DNA from: Chloroflexota bacterium
GTDB taxonomy: Bacteria; Chloroflexota; UBA4733
Assembly (NCBI GenBank): GCA_023381555.1
Contig: JAMCRV010000091.1
Coordinates: 9,556-73,555 of the forward strand
Direction of reading: 5' to 3'
DNA length: 64,000 bases
The position numbers were made by a program, and so were the translations under genes. Below are positions 10,662 through 20,368 of this stretch, piece after piece; the first letter of the stretch is position 1, and every line of letters begins with the position of its first letter. Below the pieces are notes generated by a model. The model was given only the letters and a program-made list of their open reading frames with translations, had not been told where the DNA came from and searched no databases.

Positions 10662-11021
10662 ATGATCACCATTACCCCGGAAGCAGCAGACAAGGTTCGA
10701 GAGCTTGCGTCTCGCGACGAGCGCCCAGACTTGGCGCTGCGGCTCTTCGTGACCAGCGGTGGGTGCTCGGGATTCAGTTATGGCATGACTCTCGATGACG
10801 AGATCATGGCAGACGATGACGTGAGCTCCGACCGTGGTGTGAAGATTGTTGTCGACTCAGACAGCGTGCCGTACGTCAATGGCTCTGAGATCCATTATGT
10901 GGAAAGCATGATGGGTGCTGGGTTCGTCGTGAACAATCCGAATGCGACGGGCTCCTGTGGGTGTGGTCAGTCCTTTCGCGTAGATGGTCAGAGCGGCCAG
11001 GCGCACAGCTGCGCTCACTAG
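10662..11021 (+). CDS. iscA: Fe-S cluster assembly accessory protein of the IscA/ErpA/HesB family.
   Basis: The three IscA cysteines are present, including CGCGQSF at the C-terminus. The start is MITITPEAADKV; the ORF track begins 21 codons upstream at 10599. Confidence 0.85.
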   Translation: MITITPEAADKVRELASRDERPDLALRLFVTSGGCSGFSYGMTLDDEIMADDDVSSDRGVKIVVDSDSVPYVNGSEIHYVESMMGAGFVVNNPNATGSCGCGQSFRVDGQSGQAHSCAH

Positions 11022-11044
11022 AGCCTTTCCAGCCTACTACTAAT

Positions 11045-11082
11045 GGGAGGAGGCGGATAACCGCTTCCTCCCGTTTTTTCTT
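11045..11082 (+). terminator. Rho-independent terminator after iscA.
   Basis: The sequence is GGGAGGAGGCGG-ATAA-CCGCTTCCTCCC followed by GTTTTTTCTT. This gives a 12-bp stem with one G-U pair and a T-tract. Confidence 0.75.
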
Positions 11083-11367
11083 GAGCAAGGTCCGCTGGCA
11101 GCGTGAGGTCTAAACTCCCTTTCCATCGAGGAGTGCTAGGACCTCCGGCGCCAGACTAGGGAGAACGACCTTGGCCGTTTGTTCTCCCGTCCCAATTCGT
11201 CCGAGCTCTTTCCCGAAGAGAGTAGAGTATTGATCGGAGTCCAGTGGGAAGACTGGTGGTCCAGATGTACGCACTTCGGAGCACTGGGGAAGACATCCAT
11301 GTGGGCCGGCGGGAGACCTGGCTGGCCTATAGATAGGGAGACGAGCTGGCAAAGGAGCGATTATACG

Positions 11368-12189
11368 ATGAAAGCAGGAGTTTGCTATGGTGTCATCGAC
11401 GAAGGGCATACCTTCGAAGAAAAGCTTGCAGCCGCCCACTCTTCCGGCTATGAAGGCGTCGAGCTGGCGCTCGGTATCGATCGCGCGGATCCACTCAGCT
11501 TGGGCCTGAACTCGGAATCACTCTTCGCAGTGCGCCGGACCGTGGAGCAAGCCCAGCTCGAGATACCCAGCGTAATGGGTGGTCCCGCGTTAGCGCAGAC
11601 ACCCCTCCTCAGCTTCGATCCAGAGGTCCGTCAGCGGTCTGTCAGGAACTATGCCCTCGCATTGGAGACGGTGGCAACCCTTGGAGCTTCGACCGTACTC
11701 ATGCATCCGGGTCAACTGCGCGCTGAAACCCGATACGACCAGGCGTGGGAATGGGTCGTCCAGGCCCTTCGTGACCTCATCCCAGCATGCGAGCGCACAG
11801 GTGTCAGCATTGGCCTGGAGAACGTGTGGAACAAGTTCTTGCTGTCTCCACGTGAGTTTGCACAACTGCTCGACGAGGTCAATCACCCGTTGATCGGCTG
11901 CTATCTCGATACGGCCAACATGCTGCTCTACGGCTACGCTGAGCAGTGGGTCGAAATCATCGGTCGGAGGATCAAGAAGGTACACGTCAAGGATTTCAAG
12001 CGTGAGCGTGGCGGAGGACGCTTCTGCCAGCTTCTAAGCGGTGACTGCAACTTTCCTCGCGTCATGGCTGAGCTCCGTGCGGTGAGGTATGACGACTATC
12101 TCACGAGCGAAGTCAGTCCATCTGAGCGCAGTGATGGTGAAACCATGCGAGATACAGCAGAGCGTATCCGCGAAATCACGTTGCTGTGA
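11368..12189 (+). CDS. Sugar phosphate isomerase/epimerase (xylose isomerase-like TIM barrel).
   Basis: A conserved AP-endonuclease-2/xylose-isomerase-like TIM-barrel pattern is present (GYEGVEL...VLMHPG...GLENVWN...YLDTANM). The start was chosen at MKAGVCYG; the ORF track begins at 11179. Confidence 0.6.
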   Translation: MKAGVCYGVIDEGHTFEEKLAAAHSSGYEGVELALGIDRADPLSLGLNSESLFAVRRTVEQAQLEIPSVMGGPALAQTPLLSFDPEVRQRSVRNYALALETVATLGASTVLMHPGQLRAETRYDQAWEWVVQALRDLIPACERTGVSIGLENVWNKFLLSPREFAQLLDEVNHPLIGCYLDTANMLLYGYAEQWVEIIGRRIKKVHVKDFKRERGGGRFCQLLSGDCNFPRVMAELRAVRYDDYLTSEVSPSERSDGETMRDTAERIREITLL

Positions 12190-12245
12190 CCCGCCGTGTG
12201 CCGTGTGTAGTTGAGTGTGGATGGTGATGTCCTGGTCGTCACTGC

Positions 12246-13142
12246 CTACTCAATACCGAAGAGACGCGCTGCCGTTCCAAAGAAGATTTGGTCTTGCTCC
12301 TCGGGTGTCAAGCCGATGGCGTTGAACGCATCCATCCAAGCGCTGAGCTCGCGACTGATGTGTGGGATACCGCAATCGCTTCCAAAACAAAGCTTGAGCG
12401 GGAGGATCTCCTTGCGTATCAGCCCGCGCTCGAGGATGTGGCGACGTACGACGCTGCCCCCCGAGATGTCGAAGGACACGTTACCGCGCCAGCGTGCCAC
12501 TGCTGTCGCTTCATCGTAGAACCCGTACCCCAGGTGGGCGCCGATAATGATGAGGTCAGGGAAGGCTTGGGCAATAGTGTCGAGCAAGGCCGGTCGTAGC
12601 CCATTGGCGCTGTAGGTCTTGCCGCGCCGGCGATCTTTCCACTGGCGCTCCCAATCGTTTGGGGGAAGAGGGTGTCGGGGTGGAAAGAGTAGCCAATCGA
12701 CCATGCCGCCAGCAATTCCCGTGTGAAACAAGCACACGAGGCCTTCCTCTTCGGCTGCCTGATAGATGGGAAAGTATTCAGCTGCGTCGTAGGGCCGGAG
12801 TGACGAATGAAACTTGAGCCCCACATATCCCTGAGTCTTGAGCTGGTGGATGAGCTCGGGTTCATCCTCATCGAGAACGACCCAGGCCATGGGTAGAAAG
12901 AGGTCAGGATAGCGGTCGCGGGCACGCAGCGGCGCCTCGCGATTCTGCCCTGGGGGAGAGAGCAAGGCGATCTTCTGGATGTTCAAGATGCCGGCCGTGT
13001 ACGCCAGCATATCGATCATGAACTCCTCAGCAAGCGCTGAACTGCCTCCTGGGCCCGAGCCGGGAAAGTGTACGTGCACATCAAAGACGCGTGGCGGAGC
13101 ATCTTTGATGTAGCGATTCGGATCGGGTCGGGGTACGGTCAC
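12246..13142 (-). CDS. Amidohydrolase-2 family metal-dependent hydrolase (TIM barrel).
   Basis: It has an FDVHVHFPG metal-binding start and an amidohydrolase_2-like HxH...H...D pattern. A probable GTG start at 13142 overlaps the metG stop (GTGA), which suggests translational coupling. Confidence 0.55.
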   Translation of the reverse strand: MTVPRPDPNRYIKDAPPRVFDVHVHFPGSGPGGSSALAEEFMIDMLAYTAGILNIQKIALLSPPGQNREAPLRARDRYPDLFLPMAWVVLDEDEPELIHQLKTQGYVGLKFHSSLRPYDAAEYFPIYQAAEEEGLVCLFHTGIAGGMVDWLLFPPRHPLPPNDWERQWKDRRRGKTYSANGLRPALLDTIAQAFPDLIIIGAHLGYGFYDEATAVARWRGNVSFDISGGSVVRRHILERGLIRKEILPLKLCFGSDCGIPHISRELSAWMDAFNAIGLTPEEQDQIFFGTAARLFGIE

Positions 13143-14815
13143 CGCGCTGATTCCTCTCCACTGTCCTCTACAATCTTTTGGAAGAGTGGCACTGGCTGAC
13201 CGAGTTGATGTCCCACACTCAACCGAGGTATCTCCCATTGCGGCTGCGTGCCTTTGACCTCAATCCCAAGCTGCCGTCGCAACTGCTCTGATGAGAATGG
13301 CAAGAACGGGGTCATCAGAGTAGAGAGTGCCGCAATCATCTGCACGCACACGTGCAGAGTGCTGCCCGTGCGCAGACGATCACTGCGAATGGTGTGCCAA
13401 GGAGCACACTCATCCAGGTAGCGATTGCCGCGGGCTGCGAGCTGCATGACGCTCCGCAAGCTGTCGCGAAACTGGCAGCGCGCGATCTGCCGCCCGACAT
13501 CGGCGAAGGTTGCCGGGATGGCATCGAGCGTGTCCTGGTCGAGTTTGTTCGTTCCCTCCAACGGCGGCACGATCCCGTCAAAGTGACGCTTCGTGAACGT
13601 GAGGACACGGTGTACGAAGTTGCCGTACGTCGCCACCATCTCATCGTTCGTCAGCCGGACGAAGTCTTCGTGCGAGAGGTCCGTATCGTGGGTCTCAGGC
13701 ATCATCGCTGTGAGCGCGTAGCGCACGGCATCGGCCTGGTACTTCGGTACGTACTCGTGTAAGGGCATCACCACCCCCCGGCTCTTCGACATCTTCGTCC
13801 CGCTCATAGTCATGTACTGATTCGCTGGGATGTCATAGGGAAGAACCAGACCGCCATATCCCATGAGGACTGCGGGCCACATGATCGTGTGGAAGAAGAT
13901 ATTGTCTTTTCCGAGAAAGTAGTAGGCACGCACCTCCGTGCTCTCCCAGAAGGGCTTCCAGGCGTCAGGTTCGCCTCGATTCTGCGCCCATTCAACGCTG
14001 GCTGACAGGTAGCCGATGAAGGCATCAAACCACACGTAAATTCGCTTCTGCTCATAACCCGGCAATGGGATCGGCACACCCCATTCGATATCGCGGGTGA
14101 CCGGCCGGTCCTTGAGCCCCTCCCGCAATAGACCGGTGGCGAAGCCATACACCTCCGGCCTCCAATACGTCTTCGGAGCGACCCAGCTCGTCAGGCGGCT
14201 CGTAAATGCCGACAGCCGCAAATAGAAGTGCTCTGTTTCGCGAAACTCGGGGACTGCCCCCGACAACCTACTGTGTAGCTCGATGAGATCAGCCGGATCG
14301 AGAACTCGACCGCAGTTGTCACACTGATCGCCGCGCGCCTCTGTATAGCCGCAATGAGGGCAGGTCCCTTCGACATAGCGATCGGGCAAGAACCGCGACA
14401 CGACTGGGTCATAGGGTGCGGTCGTCGTCGCCTTGTAGATGTAGTCGCGTTCCAGCAGTCGCAGGAACATGTCTTGAACCACGCGGTGGTGAGTAGGAGT
14501 CTCTGTGTGGGTGAAGAGATCAAAGCTGATGCCGAGACTGTGGAGGTCTTCCAGAAAGAAGCGATGGTAGCGCTCGGCGATGACGGCGGGGCTCACGCCT
14601 TCACGATCAGCGACGAGCGTGATAGGGGTTCCGTGCGTGTCGCTACCTGAGACCATGAGAACTTGGCTCCCGCGCATGCGATGGAAGCGCGCAAAGATGT
14701 CCGGCGCCAGCATCGCCCCGACGACGTGGCCCAAGTGCAAGCGCCCGTTGGCATAGGGCCAAGCCACGCCGACAAAAATCGTCTCGGTCACAGGTTCCTC
14801 CCGCAGTGGCTGCAT
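13139..14815 (-). CDS. metG: Methionyl-tRNA synthetase.
   Basis: A HIGH-region motif is present (PYANGRLHLGH), the zinc knuckle is CPHCGY...CDNCG, and the KMSKS motif is present. Confidence 0.95.
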   Translation of the reverse strand: MQPLREEPVTETIFVGVAWPYANGRLHLGHVVGAMLAPDIFARFHRMRGSQVLMVSGSDTHGTPITLVADREGVSPAVIAERYHRFFLEDLHSLGISFDLFTHTETPTHHRVVQDMFLRLLERDYIYKATTTAPYDPVVSRFLPDRYVEGTCPHCGYTEARGDQCDNCGRVLDPADLIELHSRLSGAVPEFRETEHFYLRLSAFTSRLTSWVAPKTYWRPEVYGFATGLLREGLKDRPVTRDIEWGVPIPLPGYEQKRIYVWFDAFIGYLSASVEWAQNRGEPDAWKPFWESTEVRAYYFLGKDNIFFHTIMWPAVLMGYGGLVLPYDIPANQYMTMSGTKMSKSRGVVMPLHEYVPKYQADAVRYALTAMMPETHDTDLSHEDFVRLTNDEMVATYGNFVHRVLTFTKRHFDGIVPPLEGTNKLDQDTLDAIPATFADVGRQIARCQFRDSLRSVMQLAARGNRYLDECAPWHTIRSDRLRTGSTLHVCVQMIAALSTLMTPFLPFSSEQLRRQLGIEVKGTQPQWEIPRLSVGHQLGQPVPLFQKIVEDSGEESAR

Positions 14816-14882
14816 CTGGCGCTCGCTTCACGAACGCCACAGGGGGAAGGGTACCACGCGGTATACTCGGCCCAGCTTCAGG

Positions 14883-14967
14883 GCCGGAGTGGCGAAATGG
14901 CAGACGCAGCGGACTTAAAATCCGAGGCCGATGAGGCGTGCGGGTTCGACTCCCGCCTCCGGCACCA
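14883..14967 (+). tRNA. tRNA-Leu (anticodon TAA), type II with a long variable arm.
   Basis: The acceptor stem is GCCGGAG/CTCCGGC, the anticodon loop is CTTAAAA, and the T-arm is GGGTTCGACTCCC. The 3' CCA is encoded. Position 27:43 is a G:A mismatch. Confidence 0.85.
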
Positions 14968-15532
14968 GAGGGAATCACCCAGCGGCGCTACGCTACCGGG
15001 AAGTGAAACAACTCGCCGGGGCGATCGCCCAGCCGCCATTGAGCCTCACTGGCAACTGGCTCTGCCGGAGATCGTGCGAGCGCTGAACGAGCAGTTAGCA
15101 GCGTTGCATCGTGGCTGCTATCGAACAGCGGTTCACGTGGCTGGACGCTGGCACGGCGGCGTTTGGAGCGGAAAGAGCGTCTTGCGTGTGACTTGACAGC
15201 TCATTCTGGACAAGTTTGCCATTTTGCGTTGGACAGATCCCTCTGGAAGCAAGGAGACTGTATGAGGAGGGTTAGCGCGAAAATTGCCATGAAGCTTTGG
15301 ACAGAGGAATTTGCCGCTTGGGGCTAGACAAAGTCCAATCGGTTGTGACAAAGCACAGGCTGCTGCGCGTCTGGTCACTGCGGACATCACACACATCCTG
15401 AGCAGTCCGCTGCTGCGCGCCCTCGCCACGTCTGTGGTCGGGTCGGCATCGTCTTCCTCCGGCAAGAGTTTTGACGAGCCGACCCGACCGCCCGGCCACT
15501 CCCCAAATGGCCAAAGTCGAGCTGAGATTCGG

Positions 15533-17083
15533 TCAAGATTCTGTAACAGGTGCCGTCTCCGTCTGATCTTCCCGTCCGGCTCGATCGTAGGTGACAGAGA
15601 GCTCTTCGAGTGCGGCCGCGACCTCAGGGCGCAGATCCCGTTCAGTGCAGCGCCAGCGCCACCACCCGATAATCCGGCCTGGGTAGTTCATCCTGGCTCT
15701 TGAGCCTAGCCGGAGATGATCCTGCAGTGGAATGATGGCGGTGTTCGCTACAGAGCCGTAGGCTAGCCTTATGGCCGCACCAATGGGGTCGCCGTCCCAG
15801 GCCGGGCCGACGTAGCGCCGCGCGAAAGCGTCTTCGCTAGGGGAGAGCGACTGCACCCACCCCGCGGCCGTGTCGTTGTCGTGTGTCCCCGTGTATACCA
15901 CGGTGTTGGCAAGGTGGCGGTGTGGAAGGTGGTCATTATCCGGCCCACCAAAGGCAAACTGGATGACCCGCATACCAGGGAAGCCAAACTGATCGCGAAG
16001 GGCAATCACGTCTGGCGTGATGATGCCGAGGTCCTCAGCCAGGAAGGGCAGGTGTCCGAGTGCATCCGCGATGGCGTGGAAGAGTGCCGGCCCCGGACCT
16101 TCCCTCCAACTCCCCTGTTCCGCCGTAGGCGAAGATGCAGGAATGGCAAAGTATGAGACGAATCCGCGAAAATGGTCGATGCGGATCTGATCAACGTGAC
16201 GAAGCGTGTGCCGCGCACGCTCGATCCACCAAGCATAGCCGTCCGCAGCCAGCTGATCCCAACGATATACTGGATTGCCCCAGCGCTGACCTGTAGCACT
16301 GAACAGATCAGGTGGCACCCCTGCTACCTCAGTCGGATTCCCGCCTGCATCTAACGCAAAGAGATCAGGGTGACTCCATGTATCAGCGCTCTGTTGAGCG
16401 ACGTAGATTGGGATGTCTCCGATCAGTCGTACACCGTGTACTCTTGCATAGGTATGCAGACGCTGCCATTGTTGGGCAAAGAGATACTGTACGAAGCGGT
16501 GGTACCGGACCCGGTAGCTGAGTTGTTCTCCGGCAACTTTCAATACTTCCGGATCGCGTCCTGCCAGAGGCGCCGGCCACGCCGTCCACAAGCGCCCGTC
16601 TTGAGCTTCGAGTAGTGCCGCAAATAGAGCGTAGTCGTGGAGCCAGTCTGACCCGGCCGCTTCAAACTCCTCCAGCTCTGTTCTATCCTGCGATGATGCA
16701 TCCTGTTCGAAGTGCTCGAAGGCTCGTTCGAAGACGAAATGTTTCCAGCGCTTCACTTCGTCGAAATCGACACTGCGTAACGGGAACGGCTTGCCATCCT
16801 TGAGATCCTCGGGACGGAGCAGCCCCTGTTCCGCGAGGAGATCTGGACTGATGAACAGCGGGTTTCCGGCGAAGGCCGAAAGGCCTTGATACGGCGAGTT
16901 GAATTCGTCGACGGGGTTGATCGGCAACACCTGCCAGAGGTGGTGCTGTGCCACCTTCAGGAAGTCAACAAACTGGAATGCGCTGGGACCGAGGTCGCCG
17001 ATCCCCCAGCGACTGGGGAGGCTGGTAATGTGCAGCAACACCCCGCACGATCTGGACACACCGACCCTCCAATCCGCCCCCAA
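15533..17083 (-). CDS. malQ: 4-alpha-glucanotransferase (amylomaltase, GH77).
   Basis: The N-terminal motif GVLLHITSLPS is present and GH77 regions are conserved throughout. The true start is probably a few codons inside the listed ORF. Confidence 0.85.
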   Translation of the reverse strand: MGADWRVGVSRSCGVLLHITSLPSRWGIGDLGPSAFQFVDFLKVAQHHLWQVLPINPVDEFNSPYQGLSAFAGNPLFISPDLLAEQGLLRPEDLKDGKPFPLRSVDFDEVKRWKHFVFERAFEHFEQDASSQDRTELEEFEAAGSDWLHDYALFAALLEAQDGRLWTAWPAPLAGRDPEVLKVAGEQLSYRVRYHRFVQYLFAQQWQRLHTYARVHGVRLIGDIPIYVAQQSADTWSHPDLFALDAGGNPTEVAGVPPDLFSATGQRWGNPVYRWDQLAADGYAWWIERARHTLRHVDQIRIDHFRGFVSYFAIPASSPTAEQGSWREGPGPALFHAIADALGHLPFLAEDLGIITPDVIALRDQFGFPGMRVIQFAFGGPDNDHLPHRHLANTVVYTGTHDNDTAAGWVQSLSPSEDAFARRYVGPAWDGDPIGAAIRLAYGSVANTAIIPLQDHLRLGSRARMNYPGRIIGWWRWRCTERDLRPEVAAALEELSVTYDRAGREDQTETAPVTES

Positions 17084-17655
17084 ACCCTGTTTCGTCCAAC
17101 GAGGCGGATTGTAGATGAGTGTGGCCTCGAACCGCGGGCGGTCCTAGTTGCTCCTCTAGCCCTTGGCATAAGACCACCGATGCGTTGGCGGCCCGCACCT
17201 CTACGACCCCTGATGCAGCGGCCCGGTCCCAGCGACGGAGCAGTGCCGCGTTCATCTCCAGGACAGTGCGCGCTACCAGGCCCCAGCCCTGTTGACGGGC
17301 GTAGGCGGCGGTGCGCCAGGCGAAGCGTGGCGGCGTATAACAGTAGCAGACGTGAACCGCGTCCGGCCTTACCCTGACTCCCTTGGCGAAGGCGCTGGCG
17401 CTGGAGAGCACGACAGCGGCTTCTGGCCGCATGAGCCGGAAGGCCAGGGGGAAGAAGGGCAGCAGCAGTTGGTAGTAGCGCTTGCCGGGGTAGAATGGCT
17501 GCAGAAAGGAAGTCCGTACGCGCTCGCCCGGAATATCGTGATCAGTGTTCTTTGGATCGTAGAGAGACGTGTAGATCAGCGCGTCAGGATAGAGCTACGC
17601 CAGCGACAAGAAGATGCGCTCGGCGCCGCCTGGCTCAAGCTCGGACTAAGTTCAA
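16965..17655 (-). pseudogene. Remnant of a GT4 glycosyltransferase: N-terminal half only, interrupted by an in-frame TAG.
   Basis: Reverse-strand translation gives ...ERIFLSLA*LYPDALIYTSLYDPKNTDHDIPGERVRTSFLQPFYPGKRYYQLLLPFFPLAFRLMRPE...DAVHVCYCYTPPRFAWR. This has a GT4 N-domain pattern including the CY(C)HTPxRYAW motif. There is no C-terminal Rossmann half, and the sequence runs into the malQ 5' end. Confidence 0.5.
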
Positions 17656-18008
17656 GCAAATAGCAGGGCGTTCGAACCTGTATCGTCGGCCCGACGCGGC
17701 GTACACAGCTATTTAAGTACCACTGCTGCAGTAGATATCAATGCTCATCGTGAGCCAACGTTCCCAAGCGTCTTCCTGTCGGATCAAACCGCAACTGTAT
17801 CACATCATCATATGGTGTCAGTCCAGGCTCGACTTCATGTGCGCCACAAGTTCTTGCGCTGCTCAGTTGCTGTCCAGTGGAGCGATCCGCCGCGATGCAG
17901 TGCATTCGGCTACAATAGCTATGCCATTCCGTGACAAGTGGTGGATGTGCTGCCTTATAACTGGCAGTAGGAAACAGCGCTGTCTCGACTCTGCATATAT
18001 GCCGTTAG

Positions 18009-19217
18009 ATGGGTGGCGGAGCAAGTTCTGGAACGGGAGATGACGTTGCGCTCGCTGGTGGAAATAGTAGTCTGGCAGTGAACATACTCTATTGCGCCGT
18101 TGATCTGTTCGGCCTTGGTGGCGTGCAACGCTACTCTCGGTACGAAGCGAGTATTCTCGAACGAATGGTGCCGCCGGTGCGGCTGACAGCGGTGTCGCTC
18201 TTCGCGCCCCAGCAACACGACTACTTCGACCAGCCGCTTCCCAAGGAACTGACGAGCGCGCATGGCTCACGTCGCCGCTTCATGCTGGACTTGCTTGCCC
18301 AAGCTCGTTGCTCGCCCCCCGATCTGGTGATTGCCGATTACCTGCCTATGGGCCCATTCGCTCTCGCCATGGCCGCACGGTGGCGCGTCCCGTACATCAT
18401 CAACGTCTATGGACTGGAAGTATGGCGCCCCTTGCCAGCCAAATTCCGCGTCCCTTTGCTGCGCGCGACGGCCATCATGTCCGATTGCGTCTTCACGCAA
18501 CGCTACCTGCAGGCCCAGTATCGCCACCTGCCGCCTATCGCGGTGATTCAGGACCCCGTCGATTGCGATCGGTATCAACCGCGTGAGTACGACCCGGCAT
18601 ATCGCCGGCAGCTCGGTCTCAAGCATGGTCCGGTGCTGCTCACAGTATCACGCCTCAAGGCCGGGCGATCCAAGGGTCACGACGTAGTGTTGCGGGCAAT
18701 GGCGCAGTTGGTCGACACCTTTCCTTCGCTGCAGTATGTGATTGTCGGCGATGGCGATGATCGTCCGCGCCTGGAAGCGCTCGCAGTCTCCCTTGGACTG
18801 CGTGAACGCGTGGTGTTTACCGGACGACTGGATGACGGTGAGTTGCCGGCTGTCTACCACGCTTGTGATCTGTTTGTCCTGGTGAGCAGGTTCCGAGAGG
18901 GGAAGCAGGCGGCCGGCGAGGGTGTGCCGCTGGCTGTGCTTGAAGCGCAAGCCTCGGGTAGGGCGGCCATTACCAGCAAGTTGGATGGCTCTGCCGAGTC
19001 AATCGTCGACGGTGAGACTGGGCTGTTGGTTGATCCGCACAGCGTCGACGAGGTAGCTGGTGCGATCGCTCGGTTGCTTGGCGACCCGGCGTTGCTCCGC
19101 AGTATGAGTGCGCGGGCAGCCGGCGCTGCCAGACAGCGAAATGGTCTACCCGTCTTCGCAATGAAGCTGACAAGGCTCATCGAATTGGTCACATCGAAGG
19201 AAGTGCGTGTCTCGTGA
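18009..19217 (+). CDS. GT4-family glycosyltransferase (GT-B fold).
   Basis: The C-terminal domain has the GT4 signature (EGVPLAVLEAQASGRAAITSKLDGSAESIVDGETGLLVDP). It is the first gene of a glycan cluster that follows a lower-GC promoter region. Confidence 0.8.
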   Translation: MGGGASSGTGDDVALAGGNSSLAVNILYCAVDLFGLGGVQRYSRYEASILERMVPPVRLTAVSLFAPQQHDYFDQPLPKELTSAHGSRRRFMLDLLAQARCSPPDLVIADYLPMGPFALAMAARWRVPYIINVYGLEVWRPLPAKFRVPLLRATAIMSDCVFTQRYLQAQYRHLPPIAVIQDPVDCDRYQPREYDPAYRRQLGLKHGPVLLTVSRLKAGRSKGHDVVLRAMAQLVDTFPSLQYVIVGDGDDRPRLEALAVSLGLRERVVFTGRLDDGELPAVYHACDLFVLVSRFREGKQAAGEGVPLAVLEAQASGRAAITSKLDGSAESIVDGETGLLVDPHSVDEVAGAIARLLGDPALLRSMSARAAGAARQRNGLPVFAMKLTRLIELVTSKEVRVS

Positions 19218-20350
19218 GTAATGATAAGTTTATGCCGATTGCGGAACCATCGCTGTCCCATCTGGAGTTGCAGTACGTCACCGACGCGGTGCGTAGCGGC
19301 TGGGTGTCATCGAAGGGCCCGTTCGTCGACCGCTTTGAACAGAGCCTGGCCGAGTACCTGGGCGCACGGTTTGCCGTATCCACGTGCAACGGCACTGCGG
19401 CGTTGCATCTGGCTCTTGCAGCGCTCGGCGTTGGTCCGGGCGACGAGGTTATCGTACCAACCCTGACATTCATCGCGACCGCCAACGCAGTGCGCTATGT
19501 CGGCGCCACGCCTGTGCTGTGTGATGTCGATTCCAGCACCTGGTGCATGCGCGCCGCTGATGCTGCACCGCTGCTGACGTCGCGTACGAAGGCAATCATC
19601 CCAGTGCATCTTTACGGCCACCCCGCAGATATGGACGATATCTGTGCTCTGGCCGCGCATCATAACCTCCTCGTGGTGGAAGATGCAGCGGAAGCCCTTG
19701 GTGCATGCTATAAGCAACGTAAGGTAGGAACGATCGGCCATGCTAGTGTCTTCAGCTTCTATGGTAACAAAATGATTACCACGGGAGAGGGCGGCATGCT
19801 GGTCACAGATGATCCGGATCTATATCAACGAGCCAGAGTCTTGCGCGATCACGGGATGGATCCCGATCGACGCTACTGGCATCCGTGGATCGGCTTCAAC
19901 TTCCGATTGACAAACCTGCAGGCAGCGCTAGGTGTAGCGCAGCTTACCCGTATTGACGACCTGCTCGGCGCGAAGATTTCCAATGCACAGGCGTACCGCA
20001 GAATATTAGCCGGCATTCCCGGCGTGGAGCCCCAGCGGGAGCAGGAATGGGCAGCGAGCTCCTGGTGGATGTTCTCCGTGACCCTAGGCGAGGAGTTGGC
20101 AATGACTCCCAACGAGCTTGCCAGACGATTGCGTGAGCGGGGCATTGACTCGCGGCCGGTTTTTCACCCGATCCATCACATGCCGCCGTACCACCAGGAT
20201 CTGCGGCTGCCAGTGAGCGAACGCATTGCGCGTACCGGATTGAGCCTGCCCAGCGGCGCGCTATTAACTCAAGGAGATGTAGAACGGGTGTGCGTCGAGA
20301 TTGAATGCGCCCTGCGCGCAAACTCTAGCGAGAGTCTGCTAGGGTCGTGA
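19214..20350 (+). CDS. DegT/DnrJ/EryC1/StrS-family PLP-dependent sugar aminotransferase.
   Basis: DegT signature segments are present (VTDAVRSGWVSSKGPFVDRFE...FAVSTCNGTAALHLAL). The GTG start overlaps the upstream stop (GTGA); the conserved start is more likely MPIAEPSL at 19232. Confidence 0.85.
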   Translation: MSNDKFMPIAEPSLSHLELQYVTDAVRSGWVSSKGPFVDRFEQSLAEYLGARFAVSTCNGTAALHLALAALGVGPGDEVIVPTLTFIATANAVRYVGATPVLCDVDSSTWCMRAADAAPLLTSRTKAIIPVHLYGHPADMDDICALAAHHNLLVVEDAAEALGACYKQRKVGTIGHASVFSFYGNKMITTGEGGMLVTDDPDLYQRARVLRDHGMDPDRRYWHPWIGFNFRLTNLQAALGVAQLTRIDDLLGAKISNAQAYRRILAGIPGVEPQREQEWAASSWWMFSVTLGEELAMTPNELARRLRERGIDSRPVFHPIHHMPPYHQDLRLPVSERIARTGLSLPSGALLTQGDVERVCVEIECALRANSSESLLGS

Positions 20351-20368
20351 CCATTATGAGGACGGCTA

